Made by a program: the position numbers and the translations under genes. A stretch of DNA of 64,000 nucleotides, from the NCBI GenBank assembly GCA_030836185.1, contig JAURQH010000048.1, positions 44,433-108,432 on the forward strand, given 5' to 3'. Source of the stretch: Planctomycetota bacterium (lineage in GTDB: Bacteria; Planctomycetota; Planctomycetia; Planctomycetales; Planctomycetaceae). The notes beneath the pieces were generated by a model. It had not been told where the DNA came from. It saw only the letters and a list, made by a program, of their open reading frames with translations, and made no database searches. Below, piece by piece: positions 48,688 through 59,103 of the stretch. How positions within the stretch are numbered: the first letter of the stretch is position 1; every line of letters begins with the position of its first letter.

Positions 48688-48728
48688 AACCGGTTGAAAC
48701 TTCTGATTTCAAACCGGTTTCGTTTTTT
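48688..48728 (+). promoter_or_regulatory. terminator-like hairpin in the 5' leader of the 48793 gene (possible attenuator)
   Basis: The stem AACCGGTTGAAA / TTTCAAACCGGTT has 12 bp with one bulged T and a 7-nt loop, followed by TCGTTTTTT. It ends 65 nt upstream of ATG 48793. Confidence 0.35.
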
Positions 48729-48792
48729 GACAGGCCTCTCTGACGGCCATTCCCAACACACACACTTCGATTCACGAAAGATAAAGACACCG

Positions 48793-50010
48793 ATGGCCGA
48801 CATCGCTCAACTTGCCGCAGATGCGCTTTCCGCTGGAAATGGAATTCTTCGACTTTCACCAACCTGGGTTCCTCGGTCATTTTTGCAACCAGGGCGTCGG
48901 CTGAAACTACACCCCAATGATTATTATGCAATGGGCATGCATCGCGGTGGGATTGATGAGCGTTGGTTCGGCTCGACAACAGAAGCCTCCAACGAAAACC
49001 GCGAAGAAGACGAAGGTCTTTCTTACTGTGTCCATAACGGCGAGAAGTTCCTGCTGCGAGATGTCGTCTCGGAACTCAAAGGCCAAATCATCGGCGATAA
49101 TATCTGGAACAAATACGAGCGTTGGCCCGTCTACTCCAAATTCTTTGACAACATGGGCCCCATCCCTCATCACATGCACCAAAATGCTGAGCAGGCCGCC
49201 AAAGTCGGGCAGGAAGGAAAGCCCGAGAGTTATTACTTCCCGCCGCAAATGAATCAGATCGGTAATAACTTCCCCTACACATTTATGGGATTCGAACCGG
49301 GAGTGACGAAGCAGGATGTCGTCGATTGTCTCGACCGCTGGAACGAAGGGGACAACGGCATCCTCGACCTATCCAAAGCCTATCGTCTCAAACCGGGGAC
49401 AGGCTGGTTGATTCCACCATGTGTCCTGCACGCACCGGGATCGCTCGTCACTTATGAGCCACAGTGGGGATCCGACGTTTTTGGAATGTATCAATCGTTG
49501 GTTGAAGGCCGCATGGTCCCACGATCATTGCTGACCAAAGACTTCCCGGAAGAATTCCACAACGATAACCAGTATCTCGTCGATGCCCTCGATTGGGAAA
49601 AGAACGTCGATCCAAACTACAAAGACTCGAACTACATCGAGCCTGTCGTCTCTGAGGAAGGGGATGGCTGGGTCGATAAGTGGATTGTCTACGGAACCGT
49701 TGATGGCGACCAGCTCTTTACAGCTAAGGAACTAACCCTTCAACCGGGAGCCAAATGCACCATCAAAGACAGTGGAGCGTATTCCTGGATCACCGTTCAG
49801 GGAAGTGGCAAGATTGAAGACATGACGCTGCAAACTCCCGTCATGATTCGTTTCGGCGATATGACCGACGATGAAGTCTTCGTGGTGGACTCTAAAGCCA
49901 ACGAAGGGGTCACCTTCGAAAATACCGGCATGGACCCACTGGTCGGCCTCCGATACTTCGGACCCGATGCACAACCAAACGCACCCGCCAACGGTGCCTG
50001 GAAGAAATAA
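48793..50010 (+). CDS. cupin-like protein, possibly mannose-6-phosphate-isomerase-type (tentative)
   Basis: The track ORF is trimmed to ATG at 48793 (MADIAQLAADAL...). His-rich segments GPIPHHMHQ and PPCVLHAPGS resemble type I PMI metal sites. It sits in a sugar-metabolism context (TIM-barrel isomerase and Gfo/Idh/MocA downstream). The product call is weak. Confidence 0.5.
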   Translation: MADIAQLAADALSAGNGILRLSPTWVPRSFLQPGRRLKLHPNDYYAMGMHRGGIDERWFGSTTEASNENREEDEGLSYCVHNGEKFLLRDVVSELKGQIIGDNIWNKYERWPVYSKFFDNMGPIPHHMHQNAEQAAKVGQEGKPESYYFPPQMNQIGNNFPYTFMGFEPGVTKQDVVDCLDRWNEGDNGILDLSKAYRLKPGTGWLIPPCVLHAPGSLVTYEPQWGSDVFGMYQSLVEGRMVPRSLLTKDFPEEFHNDNQYLVDALDWEKNVDPNYKDSNYIEPVVSEEGDGWVDKWIVYGTVDGDQLFTAKELTLQPGAKCTIKDSGAYSWITVQGSGKIEDMTLQTPVMIRFGDMTDDEVFVVDSKANEGVTFENTGMDPLVGLRYFGPDAQPNAPANGAWKK

Positions 50011-50067
50011 TCCCTACATCGTTTTTCATTGACACACACTCTTCATTCAACCCATTGAGGTAACACC

Positions 50068-51096
50068 ATGTCTCACACCAAGCCCAAATTACATAACGCA
50101 ATGTGGCCCGGATTAGTCGGTAAAGAAGAGGGAACCGATCATCCCCCCATCAGCCTCGAACGCATGCTCGAATTGACGGCTGCGGCAGAAGTGCATGGAC
50201 AAAAGTTCGATGGAATTGATTACTTCCTCTTTTTACCACACACCGATCCCGATGCTTCAGATGACGAACTCAAACGAATTGCCGACCTGATTGCTTCACA
50301 CAATCTCTCGGTCGGTTCACTGGTCGCACCGGTTTGGCCGGGAACCGTCGGTGATTCTGCAATGGGTGATCAGGAATCACGTGACAAATTCGTCTTGGCG
50401 GTCGAAAAAGCATGTCGAATTGCCAAAATTTTTAATGAGCATGGCGTGCGCAAAGGGGGCGTCATTCGCATCGATTCCGCAGAATTCGGAATTGAAAAAT
50501 GGCGTGAGAACCCACAAGCCAACACACAGCAAATTGCCGACACCTTCAAACGGGCTGCCAAGATCGCCGCGGACAACGGTGAGCGTTTGGCCGCTGAAGG
50601 GGAAATCTGTTGGGCGGGAATGCACTCTTGGAAAGATATTGTTGATCTGTTGGAAGCAGTCGATATGCCGGAAACCGTCGGCTTCCAGGCCGACCTGGCA
50701 CACACCTATCTCTATCTGATGGGTTATAACGCTCCCGAACATGCGTTGCTCAAAGAAGGTTACTCGGAAGACGAATTCTGGGCCGCATACAAAACCATGA
50801 CCGATGCTTTACGTCCCTGGACGATCGACTTTCATGTCGCTCAAAACGATGGGACAGTTCATGGTTCCGGCTCTCACGATAAAACTGGCAAGCATTGTCC
50901 CGCCGATGACCCGAACGGCAAACTCGATATCGTCAAATGTTCCGGGTACTGGCTCGAAGGAGCGGCCGAACGTGGAATCGATCACATTTGTTGGGACGGT
51001 TGCATGTTCCCGAACGAGATGCTGGAAACTCCCGAAACCTGGAACACAATCCTTGATGCCATGCTGAAAGTTCGCGACGCCCACGGCTGGGAGTGA
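50068..51096 (+). CDS. sugar phosphate isomerase/epimerase (xylose-isomerase-like TIM barrel)
   Basis: 342 aa. Size and pattern ([11 protein letters not shown]..., [21 protein letters not shown]) are consistent with the AP-endonuclease-2/xylose-isomerase-like family often paired with Gfo/Idh/MocA genes. Confidence 0.7.
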   Translation: MSHTKPKLHNAMWPGLVGKEEGTDHPPISLERMLELTAAAEVHGQKFDGIDYFLFLPHTDPDASDDELKRIADLIASHNLSVGSLVAPVWPGTVGDSAMGDQESRDKFVLAVEKACRIAKIFNEHGVRKGGVIRIDSAEFGIEKWRENPQANTQQIADTFKRAAKIAADNGERLAAEGEICWAGMHSWKDIVDLLEAVDMPETVGFQADLAHTYLYLMGYNAPEHALLKEGYSEDEFWAAYKTMTDALRPWTIDFHVAQNDGTVHGSGSHDKTGKHCPADDPNGKLDIVKCSGYWLEGAAERGIDHICWDGCMFPNEMLETPETWNTILDAMLKVRDAHGWE

Positions 51097-51132
51097 CTCA
51101 AAAGCGGAAGATTGAAAGCGGAAAGCCCAAAA

Positions 51133-51164
51133 AAATGTCAAATTACAAATGACAAATGAAAAAT
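51133..51164. repeat. AT-rich repeat block upstream of the four-helix-bundle ORF
   Basis: AAATGTCAAATT (51133..51144) and AATGACAAATGAAAAAT (51148..51164) both recur as reverse complements at 51555..51579. Confidence 0.75.
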
Positions 51165-51167
51165 TAA

Positions 51168-51554
51168 GAAGAGACTGATCAAAACGAACCTAAGAAACCA
51201 GAGGCTCCCGTTTTTGATCTTCAGGAACGAACGGCAAAGTTCGGGGAAGAGGTAATCTCTTTTGCCAGATCGATCAATCAAGACGGAGTCTCGACACCGA
51301 TCGTTCAGCAACTTGTTCGATCTGCAACCAGCATCGGAGCCAATTATTGTGAGGCAGACGGTGCTGGAAGTCGAAAAGAATTTCGGTATCGAATCAGTTT
51401 GTGTTTGAGAGAATCAAAGGAAACTCAATACTGGTTAAGGATGATTGGAAAGGCGTGTCCCGACGAAGTTGAAAGCGCAAGAGTTCAGTGGAAGGAAGCG
51501 ACCGAATTATCAAAAATATTCGCGACGATCTATCGCAAGACTCCTGACGTCTGA
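51168..51554 (+). CDS. four-helix-bundle protein (23S rRNA intervening-sequence protein family), no canonical in-frame start
   Basis: The frame is open for 128 codons after TAA 51165..51167, so it is not in the ORF track. The translation ...FDLQERTAKFGEEVISFARSI....VQQLVRSATSIGANYCEADGAGSRKEFRYRISLCLRESKETQYWLRMI... matches the family pattern (SIGANIAEG, S.KEF, RES.ET.YWL). There is no in-frame ATG/GTG/TTG in the first ~75 codons, and nearby ATGs (51149, 51156) are out of frame. Confidence 0.6.
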   Translation, partial: EETDQNEPKKPEAPVFDLQERTAKFGEEVISFARSINQDGVSTPIVQQLVRSATSIGANYCEADGAGSRKEFRYRISLCLRESKETQYWLRMIGKACPDEVESARVQWKEATELSKIFATIYRKTPDV

Positions 51555-51579
51555 AATTTGACATTTTTCATTTGTCATT
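51555..51579. repeat. inverted copy of the AT-rich repeat, overlapping the last stop-codon base of the four-helix-bundle ORF
   Basis: AATTTGACATTT (51555..51566) and ATTTTTCATTTGTCATT (51563..51579) are reverse complements of the upstream motifs. Confidence 0.75.
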
Positions 51580-51650
51580 GCATAACAATGCACAGTTTTT
51601 GATACAAGCATCATCTAAACAAAACATCTACGACCAAGGAACCACACACA

Positions 51651-52784
51651 ATGATCAGAAACATCAACATCGGCCTGATCGGCTACGGATTCATGGGCCG
51701 CACACACTCCAACGCCTATCGTCAGACACCGCAATTCTTTGAATGTGATGTCAAACCAGTGTTGAAGGCCTGTTGTGCTCGCAACGAAGAGAACATCAAG
51801 TCCTTCGCCGAAAACTGGGGCTATGAATCGTACGAAACCGACTGGCGTAAACTTCTGGAACGTGACGACATCGACGCTGTCGATATTTGCACTCCCAATA
51901 ATCTCCACAAAGAGATCGCCATTGCTGCTGCAGAAGCGGGGAAAATGATTCTCTGCGAGAAACCACTGGCGATGAATGTCGCAGAGGGTGAAGAGATGTG
52001 TGCCGCTGTTGAAAAAGCAGGCGTGCCGAACACAGTCTGGTATAATTACCGTCGCGTTCCCGCAGTCACGCTCGCCAAGAAACTGATCGATGAAGGACGT
52101 CTGGGACGCATCTTCCATTACCGTGCTAATTTTCTGCAAGACTGGACCATCTCCGAAGAACTACCGCAGGGAGGAGCTGCATTGTGGCGTCTCGATGCCA
52201 AGGCGGCCGGTTCCGGCGTCACGGGTGACCTGCTTGCTCACTGTATCGATACGGCACTTTGGCTGAACGGTGGAATTGCCGACGTGAACGCGATGACCGA
52301 AACCTTCATCAAAGAACGTGTTCATCAGGAAACGGGTGAAAAGCAAGCTGTCACCATCGATGACGCCTGCTCGTTCATGTGTCACTTCTCGAACGGATCA
52401 TTGGGTTTGTTCGAGTCAACTCGTTACGCTCGTGGACATAAAGCGTTGTACACATTGGAAATCAATGGTGAAAACGCTTCGATTCGCTGGGATCTGCACG
52501 ACCTTCATCGTCTCGAATACTTCGACCATAATGACGAGTCACAAGTTCGTGGTTGGCGTAATGTTCATGTGACGGACACCGATCAACCCTACATGGATCA
52601 CTGGTGGGTTCCCGGACTACAAATCGGCTACGAACACACCTTCATCCATCAAGTGGCCGACTTTCTTCAATCGCTCGCCGATGAGAAGCCATGCGGACCG
52701 ACATTCCGTGATGCCTTGGAAACACAGAAAGTCTGTGATGCTGTCCTGAAATCCGCCGACGATAAAGCCTGGGTCGGGATTTGA
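51651..52784 (+). CDS. Gfo/Idh/MocA family oxidoreductase (cytoplasmic)
   Basis: 377 aa with the Rossmann motif [15 protein letters not shown]. It has the conserved EKP (LCEKPLA) and a C-terminal alpha/beta dimerisation domain. Confidence 0.9.
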   Translation: MIRNINIGLIGYGFMGRTHSNAYRQTPQFFECDVKPVLKACCARNEENIKSFAENWGYESYETDWRKLLERDDIDAVDICTPNNLHKEIAIAAAEAGKMILCEKPLAMNVAEGEEMCAAVEKAGVPNTVWYNYRRVPAVTLAKKLIDEGRLGRIFHYRANFLQDWTISEELPQGGAALWRLDAKAAGSGVTGDLLAHCIDTALWLNGGIADVNAMTETFIKERVHQETGEKQAVTIDDACSFMCHFSNGSLGLFESTRYARGHKALYTLEINGENASIRWDLHDLHRLEYFDHNDESQVRGWRNVHVTDTDQPYMDHWWVPGLQIGYEHTFIHQVADFLQSLADEKPCGPTFRDALETQKVCDAVLKSADDKAWVGI

Positions 52785-52838
52785 TAGATATTCCTGCCTC
52801 AGTGTGTATAATGTAGGTCATAAGAAAATTTCAACGGT

Positions 52839-52877
52839 CGACTCGGACAAGAGGTTCGAGTCGCCCGTCTTTTTTTG
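52839..52877 (+). terminator. rho-independent terminator
   Basis: The stem CGACTCG / CGAGTCG (7 bp, 11-nt loop) is followed after 6 nt by TTTTTTT (52870..52876). It lies 55 nt after the stop at 52784. Confidence 0.5.
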
Positions 52878-52957
52878 TGCTTGTCGAAAACGAGTAGAAG
52901 CATCACTCAACAAACGACTCACAAAGCAATCTTCAACATTTGTAGAATTTAGAAAAG

Positions 52958-53446
52958 GTGGAGATCATGGATCGCCAACCCATTACCCGTGAGGGATACG
53001 ACAAAAAACTGGCTGAAATCGAAGCACTTGATGAGCAACTCGATGAATGTACCGAGCGAATTAAGGAAGCCCGCGAAGAGGGCGACCTCAAAGAAAACAC
53101 CGAGTACCACGGCCAACGCGAACGCCAGGGACAAATCCAGGCGCGCATGAACCAAATGAAAGGTGTTCTCGCTAACTGCTATATCGTCGATAAAGCCGAC
53201 ATGCCCAAAGGAGTCGTCACTTTTGGAGCCACAGTGACCGTCAAGAATTTGGATGATGGGCTGGACGAACGCTATGAATTCGTCGGTCCGGGGGAAGAAG
53301 ATTACATGACCGACCCGATGAAAATTCTGACCAACAGTCCGTTGGCTCAGTCAATGCTCAATAAAAAAGTCGGTGATCAGGTCGAGGTGGAAGTCCCGTC
53401 TGGAAAAATGAGACTGGAAGTGACTGAAATCCAGGATCACCAATAA
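52958..53446 (+). CDS. greA: transcription elongation factor GreA
   Basis: 162 aa with [11 protein letters not shown]...L, an N-terminal coiled coil carrying [15 protein letters not shown], and a C-terminal FKBP-like domain ([15 protein letters not shown]). The start may be the ATG at 52967. Confidence 0.9.
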   Translation: MEIMDRQPITREGYDKKLAEIEALDEQLDECTERIKEAREEGDLKENTEYHGQRERQGQIQARMNQMKGVLANCYIVDKADMPKGVVTFGATVTVKNLDDGLDERYEFVGPGEEDYMTDPMKILTNSPLAQSMLNKKVGDQVEVEVPSGKMRLEVTEIQDHQ

Positions 53447-53583
53447 TCCCTGCCGTCGAACCAAAGAGTTCTGGAATTTTCACGCAAACCACTGTCCAAT
53501 AGCAGTCCAGAGAGTTTTTCCCCGGTCCCGCCTTCGGCAATCGGACTCGCATACCCGCCTATTCCTTCCTCAGGAGTGAGATC

Positions 53584-54843
53584 ATGTTTCAACGCTGGAT
53601 ACTGACGGTTTTCATCGGTTTATCGACGACAATTCTCACTGCCGAAGAGTGGTCCAAGTTTCGTGGCCCCGAAGGGAATGGACACACCTCCGCCAAATCG
53701 CTTCCCGTCAACTGGTCCTCCACAGAGAATGTGGTCTGGAAGAACGAAAATGTGGGTGAGGGTTGGTCGTCTCCCGTTGTCTGGGGAAACCGCATTTATC
53801 TCACCTGTGCACGCCCTTTAGCAAAAGAAGAAGCCACTGAAGAAAATGCCAATACGCGGGATTTGTTTGCTCTGTGTATCGATGCAAAATCCGGGAAAAC
53901 CTTGTGGGACCAAAAGCTCTTTTCACAAACCCCCGAACTGGCCCAGAAAATCCACAAAAAAAACAGCCATGCCAGTCCCACTCCAATCGTTGATGGACAA
54001 CATGTCTGGGTTCATTTTGGGGCTCAGGGAACTGCTTGTTTGACGATTGAAGGAAACACCGTCTGGAAGCGAAACGATATCCGTTACACCATGCAGCATG
54101 GCAACGGCGGATCGCCCGTCATCGTCGATAACATCCTGTGTTTCAGTTGTGACGGAAGCGACACCGCCTTTGTCATTGCCGTTGATAAGATGACCGGAAA
54201 AACGAAATGGACCAAAGAACGTCCGCCCGTGGAAAACCCACGAACATTTTCTTTCAACACGCCTCTCGTCATCGAAGTCAAAGGACGAAAGCAAATCCTC
54301 TCTCAAGGAAGTGACATCATCACCGCGTTTGATCCTCAATCGGGCGAGGAAATCTGGTGGTTCAATTATGATGGATACTCAGTCATCCCCAAACCGGTTT
54401 ACGCACACGGTTTGGTTTTTCTCTGCACGAGCTATAACAATTCCAAATTGCACGTCATTCGCCCCGATGGCAAAGGAAATGTGACCGAAACGCATGAAGC
54501 CTGGAATGCACCCAAGGTTGCTCCCCACACGCCATCCCCGCTTGTCGTCGGCGATGAACTCTACATGGTCAACGATAAGGGCATCGCGACCTGTCACGAC
54601 GCCAAAACAGGGGAGCAACACTGGCAAGAACGAATCGGTGGGAACTATTCTTCCTCGCCAATCTATGGAGCAGGACACATTTATTTCCTCTCCGAAGCGG
54701 GACTTACGACGGTCATCAAACCGGGCAAGACATACGATAAAGTCGCCGAAAACGATCTCGGTGAACGAACACTGGCATCGTACGGCGTGATCGAAAACCA
54801 TTTACTGATTCGCTCGGCAGAAGCTCTCTATCGAATCAAGTAA
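53584..54843 (+). CDS. PQQ-like beta-propeller repeat protein, secreted
   Basis: 419 aa with a signal peptide, then EEWSKFRGPEGNGH and repeated W blades. It is a paralogue of 44176..45471. Confidence 0.8.
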   Translation: MFQRWILTVFIGLSTTILTAEEWSKFRGPEGNGHTSAKSLPVNWSSTENVVWKNENVGEGWSSPVVWGNRIYLTCARPLAKEEATEENANTRDLFALCIDAKSGKTLWDQKLFSQTPELAQKIHKKNSHASPTPIVDGQHVWVHFGAQGTACLTIEGNTVWKRNDIRYTMQHGNGGSPVIVDNILCFSCDGSDTAFVIAVDKMTGKTKWTKERPPVENPRTFSFNTPLVIEVKGRKQILSQGSDIITAFDPQSGEEIWWFNYDGYSVIPKPVYAHGLVFLCTSYNNSKLHVIRPDGKGNVTETHEAWNAPKVAPHTPSPLVVGDELYMVNDKGIATCHDAKTGEQHWQERIGGNYSSSPIYGAGHIYFLSEAGLTTVIKPGKTYDKVAENDLGERTLASYGVIENHLLIRSAEALYRIK

Positions 54844-54895
54844 GTCGATTCGTTGCCGCAAGCGTCATTCATGTCTGATCTGTAGTGGAGTTTTC

Positions 54896-56179
54896 ATGCG
54901 CACCGTCAAAGAGTTTGGAGCGGTCGGAGACGGAACCACCGACGACACAGCCGCCATCGAACATGCTGTTCAGCAATCTGAGGGGGTCTTGCACTTCCCC
55001 AAAGGTGACTACCTGCTGAAGAAACCAATCACGATCACACTTGATCGAACCGGTTTTGCAGGTATTTCGGGAGAGCAGGGGACCGCACGGATACTGATGG
55101 ATGCCCCCGGCCCCGCGTTTCGATTGTTGGGGACTCACGAAGGAACGGCATCACCGCCCAGTTTCAAACCGAATGTCTGGGACAGACAACGATTCCCGAC
55201 CATCTCTCATCTGGAAATTCACGGCCTTCACCCGGAAGCCGACGGCATCGAACTGATCAAAACGATGCAGACGACCATCCAGAATATGCTGATTCGTCAA
55301 TGTCGTCATGCCATCCATCTGGTCGAACGGAACAGAAACTTCTTACTCGCAAACTCACACATTTACGACTGCCACGCGACGGGTGTCTTCTTCGATCACT
55401 GCAACCTGCATCAAGCGATCATCACCGGCAATCATATCAGTTACTGCAAACAGGCCGGCATTCGACAAGCAGATGGAGATGTTCACAACATACAGATCAC
55501 TGGGAACGATATCGAATACAATTCAGGACTCGGTGAGATCAGCGCTGAAATTTTATTAGAAGCACCGACGGAACAGATCAGCGAATATACAATTTCGTCC
55601 AACACCATACAGGCGACGCGGGAAGCTCCCGGTGCCAACATCTGGATTCGCGGTTCGCAAGAACAAGCTCGTCTGCTTTGTAAATTGATTGCCATCACGG
55701 GAAACGTCATCGGCAGTCGGCAACACACAATTATCGTTGAAGACGCGGCTCGTGTCAGCCTCACAGGCAACACGATCTACGATGGTATTCAGCGGAATGT
55801 GATTCTCAAACGCTGCCAGAACTTTGTTCTTTCATCGAACAGCATCGGTACACGCCCCGTTCGTTGGGACAGCACGGCCATCGACGGTGTGACGCTCGAA
55901 GATTGTAGTCATGGGGTCGTCAATGGGAACACATTCAACGATTGTCGGGCGGGCGAAGCAGAACGAGGAGCCGGCTTGATCCTGCAAAACTGTCGGGCCG
56001 TGAATGTCAGCGGCAACCAGATGGATTCCAAACATGCTCCCGGCATCAGTCTGGTCGACAGCCATGACTGTCTCGTTCAGGGGAACTTGATTTCGCGGGG
56101 AGATCAACAGCCTGCCAGCAGCATTCTGATTGACGATGAGAGTACGACTTCAGAGACTACGAGCTATATGAGCTGGTGA
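54896..56179 (+). CDS. pectate-lyase-superfamily / right-handed beta-helix protein
   Basis: 427 aa with the N-terminal VKEFGAVGDGTTDDTAAIEHAV, typical of Pectate_lyase_3-type proteins. Repeated (I/V).GN.I segments follow. Confidence 0.7.
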   Translation: MRTVKEFGAVGDGTTDDTAAIEHAVQQSEGVLHFPKGDYLLKKPITITLDRTGFAGISGEQGTARILMDAPGPAFRLLGTHEGTASPPSFKPNVWDRQRFPTISHLEIHGLHPEADGIELIKTMQTTIQNMLIRQCRHAIHLVERNRNFLLANSHIYDCHATGVFFDHCNLHQAIITGNHISYCKQAGIRQADGDVHNIQITGNDIEYNSGLGEISAEILLEAPTEQISEYTISSNTIQATREAPGANIWIRGSQEQARLLCKLIAITGNVIGSRQHTIIVEDAARVSLTGNTIYDGIQRNVILKRCQNFVLSSNSIGTRPVRWDSTAIDGVTLEDCSHGVVNGNTFNDCRAGEAERGAGLILQNCRAVNVSGNQMDSKHAPGISLVDSHDCLVQGNLISRGDQQPASSILIDDESTTSETTSYMSW

Positions 56180-56183
56180 TTAT

Positions 56184-56435
56184 TTACGGCAACCAAGGAA
56201 AAAATTGGTGATACCAATCGAAAAATAATTTTGCTCCTTCGACGTTTTTATAAAGCCATTCAAGCGGATAGTAGAAATACTTCAAGACACGAATCGAGCT
56301 AGGTACGGCTTGAACAATCAGATAGCAAAACGGAACACTGAGTGAATAAAGAACGAGCAGAACAACACCGCAGATGAGTACAGGAACGAGAGCTGATTTT
56401 TGCTTTTCAGTCTCTTCTTTCTGATCCTGTCTCAT
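56184..56435 (-). CDS. small membrane protein (hypothetical)
   Basis: 83 aa with two hydrophobic segments. It lies directly upstream of alaS on the same strand. Confidence 0.4.
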   Translation of the reverse strand: MRQDQKEETEKQKSALVPVLICGVVLLVLYSLSVPFCYLIVQAVPSSIRVLKYFYYPLEWLYKNVEGAKLFFDWYHQFFPWLP

Positions 56436-56459
56436 CGGGGATACCTGTCATTACTCTAA

Positions 56460-59090
56460 TCACAACTTCGATTGGTAATATTCCAACCCCGCTTTGAGAG
56501 CCTCTTCGATCTTGTCGGGGAAGCGACCACCCGCTTCGGCCATATCGGGACGACCACCGCCTCCTCCTCCGACAATCTTTGCCGCCGCTTTGACACAATC
56601 GGACGCGCTGAGCCCTTTGTCTAACAAGTCCTTGGTGACGGCGGCATTCAAGGCGACTTTGCCATCACTCTCTCGGGCAATCAAAATGGCAGCCGACTTG
56701 GCCTTGCCGCGCAGCTTGTCCATAAACTCGCGGACGGCGTTTTTGTCCATCGGGGGCAATTGGTGTGCAATAATTTTTGCATCGCCTATGGTGGTCGCAT
56801 TGGCGACAATTTCGTCGATTTCTTCAGACGCAGAGGCTGATTGCACCTGCAGCAATTCTTTACGCAGAGTCTTCAACTCTTCCTGCATAGTATTGATTCG
56901 TTCGGGAAGATCCTCCGCTTTGTTGGCTTTCACCAACTGTAAAGTGTTCTTGAGAATCGACTCCTGCTCGCGGGCCCATTGAACGGCTTTCGGTCCCGTG
57001 ACGACCGAGATTCGTCGCACTCCCTTGGCAACAGGCTCTTCCGCAAGAATTTTACAAAAGCCAACCTGACCGGTGTTGGCCAGATGAGTTCCACCACACA
57101 GTTCAACGCTGAAATCGCCCATTTGTACGACACGCACTCGGTCAGGATACTTTTCACCGAATAACGCCATCGCACCCAGCTTGCGTGCATCTTCCAAGAA
57201 CATCATGTCAGTCTGGACACTCTCGCCCAATGAGACACAGCGGTTGATCTCATCTTCAATCTGCACAAGTTCTTCCGGGGTGACAGCCGACTTATGCGAG
57301 AAGTCAAACCGCAATTGATCCTGTTCCACTTTGGAGCCACGTTGGACGGCATCGTTCCCCAAAGTGATATGTAATGCGTGATGCAGCAGATGTGTTGCAG
57401 AGTGAGCGCGAAGAATACCGGCCCGTCGTTCTGCATCCACTTTGGCGGTCGCTTTGTCTCCCGTATTGATCGTTCCTTGAGCGAGTCTGCCGAGATGGAG
57501 AATCAACTCGCCGTCTTTTTGCGTGTCTTGTACCACGAACTCGAAGTTCGGTCCTGAAATCACGCCGGTATCACCGACCTGACCACCGGCTTCTCCGTAG
57601 AAGGGGGTCTCTTTGAGAACCATAACAACAGGCGAATCACCCACTTGTTTGGATTCGAGTGTCGGCTGAAGTTTTTGATCGGCAATGATTCCGACGATTT
57701 CACTTTCTGCCTCGACAGAGTCATAACCAAGAAACTTGACGCCTCCCGTATTTGTTTTGAGTGCATCGAGCGGACCTTCGGCCATCACCGAAGTCGCAAA
57801 GGCTCCGGTGCCACTCTCTTTTTTGTGCTGAGCGACGCATTTTTTAAAACCATCGCGGTCAACTATCAATCCATCGCGAGTCGCTAAAGCCTCGGTCAGT
57901 TCAATGAGAAAACCGTCCGTTTGATGGAGGTCGAAGGCGTCTTCGCCTGAGATCGTTTTACCACCAGCCGACTTGATCGACTGGACCAATTTTTCAAACT
58001 TGGCCACACCTCGTTCGACAATGTGCAGAAACTGGTTTTCTTCTTCCTTGATCGAATCCATGACCGCTTTGCGAGTTTCTTTCAACTCAGGGTATGGCTT
58101 GCCCATAATTGCAATCACGGAATCGACAAGAGTGTAAAGAAAGGGCTCGTCACGACCGAGCAAATAGCCCTCTAACATGGCTCGCCGCAGCAATTGACGA
58201 ACAATATAGTTTTCTTTCTCGTTGCCCGGTTCGACACCCTCATGAATGCAAAACGTGACCGCGCGAATATGATCGGCAATACGCCGTAGAGGACGACCGT
58301 GAGGTGCGTCGAACTCGTACTTCAAACCAACGACATCACCGGCTGCTTCGCAGAGCTGCCTGAGCGTATCGATCTCGAAGTTACTCTTTTTGCCTTGCAG
58401 AACCGATGCAGTTCGTTCCAGCCCCATGCCGGTATCGATGTTCTTTTTGGGAAGCGGCTGCAAGTTGTCGGGGGGATCGCCCACACGATTGAATTGCGTG
58501 AAGACGAGATTCCAAATCTCGACTTTTTCGCTGCCCTCAGGATGAAAATAAATTTCGGAGCAGGGGCCGCAGACTCCATCTGGTCCCTGAGAAGGAGCCG
58601 ATGCTGGCCAGAAGTTTTCGTCTTCCTCTTCTCGGCTGATTCTCTCGGGGGGAAGACCGATTTCTTTATTCCAAATGTCGAATGCCTCGTCGTCATCTTT
58701 ATAGACGGTGACGGAAAGTTGGTCGGGATTGATTCCCAGCCATTTTTTGTCAGTCAGAAATTCCCAAGCCCAGTGAATGGCTTCCGTTTTGAAATAATCT
58801 CCAAACGAGAAATTCCCCAACATCTCGAAGAACGTGTGATGGTAGGCCGTCACACCCACATTGGAAATATCACCCGTCCGCAGACATTTCTGACTGGTCG
58901 TGGCTTTCGTAAATTCAATTTCACCAACACCCAAAAACTGATCCTTGAATTGATTCATTCCGGCCGGCGTAAATAACACCGTGGGATCATCTTTCGGGAC
59001 CAACACATCAGTGGGGCGTCGCACACAACCTTTGGAAGCAAAGAACTCCAAATACTTCTCTCTCAGTTCATCAGTTTTCATCGTCGGCAA
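56460..59090 (-). CDS. alaS: alanine--tRNA ligase
   Basis: 876 aa with class II AlaRS segments [28 protein letters not shown] and [10 protein letters not shown]. The editing-domain HxxxH is [11 protein letters not shown]. The C-terminus is a DHHA1-type domain with a GGGGG.P segment. Confidence 0.97.
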   Translation of the reverse strand: MPTMKTDELREKYLEFFASKGCVRRPTDVLVPKDDPTVLFTPAGMNQFKDQFLGVGEIEFTKATTSQKCLRTGDISNVGVTAYHHTFFEMLGNFSFGDYFKTEAIHWAWEFLTDKKWLGINPDQLSVTVYKDDDEAFDIWNKEIGLPPERISREEEDENFWPASAPSQGPDGVCGPCSEIYFHPEGSEKVEIWNLVFTQFNRVGDPPDNLQPLPKKNIDTGMGLERTASVLQGKKSNFEIDTLRQLCEAAGDVVGLKYEFDAPHGRPLRRIADHIRAVTFCIHEGVEPGNEKENYIVRQLLRRAMLEGYLLGRDEPFLYTLVDSVIAIMGKPYPELKETRKAVMDSIKEEENQFLHIVERGVAKFEKLVQSIKSAGGKTISGEDAFDLHQTDGFLIELTEALATRDGLIVDRDGFKKCVAQHKKESGTGAFATSVMAEGPLDALKTNTGGVKFLGYDSVEAESEIVGIIADQKLQPTLESKQVGDSPVVMVLKETPFYGEAGGQVGDTGVISGPNFEFVVQDTQKDGELILHLGRLAQGTINTGDKATAKVDAERRAGILRAHSATHLLHHALHITLGNDAVQRGSKVEQDQLRFDFSHKSAVTPEELVQIEDEINRCVSLGESVQTDMMFLEDARKLGAMALFGEKYPDRVRVVQMGDFSVELCGGTHLANTGQVGFCKILAEEPVAKGVRRISVVTGPKAVQWAREQESILKNTLQLVKANKAEDLPERINTMQEELKTLRKELLQVQSASASEEIDEIVANATTIGDAKIIAHQLPPMDKNAVREFMDKLRGKAKSAAILIARESDGKVALNAAVTKDLLDKGLSASDCVKAAAKIVGGGGGGRPDMAEAGGRFPDKIEEALKAGLEYYQSKL

Positions 59091-59103
59091 TTCAATTACA
59101 GGT

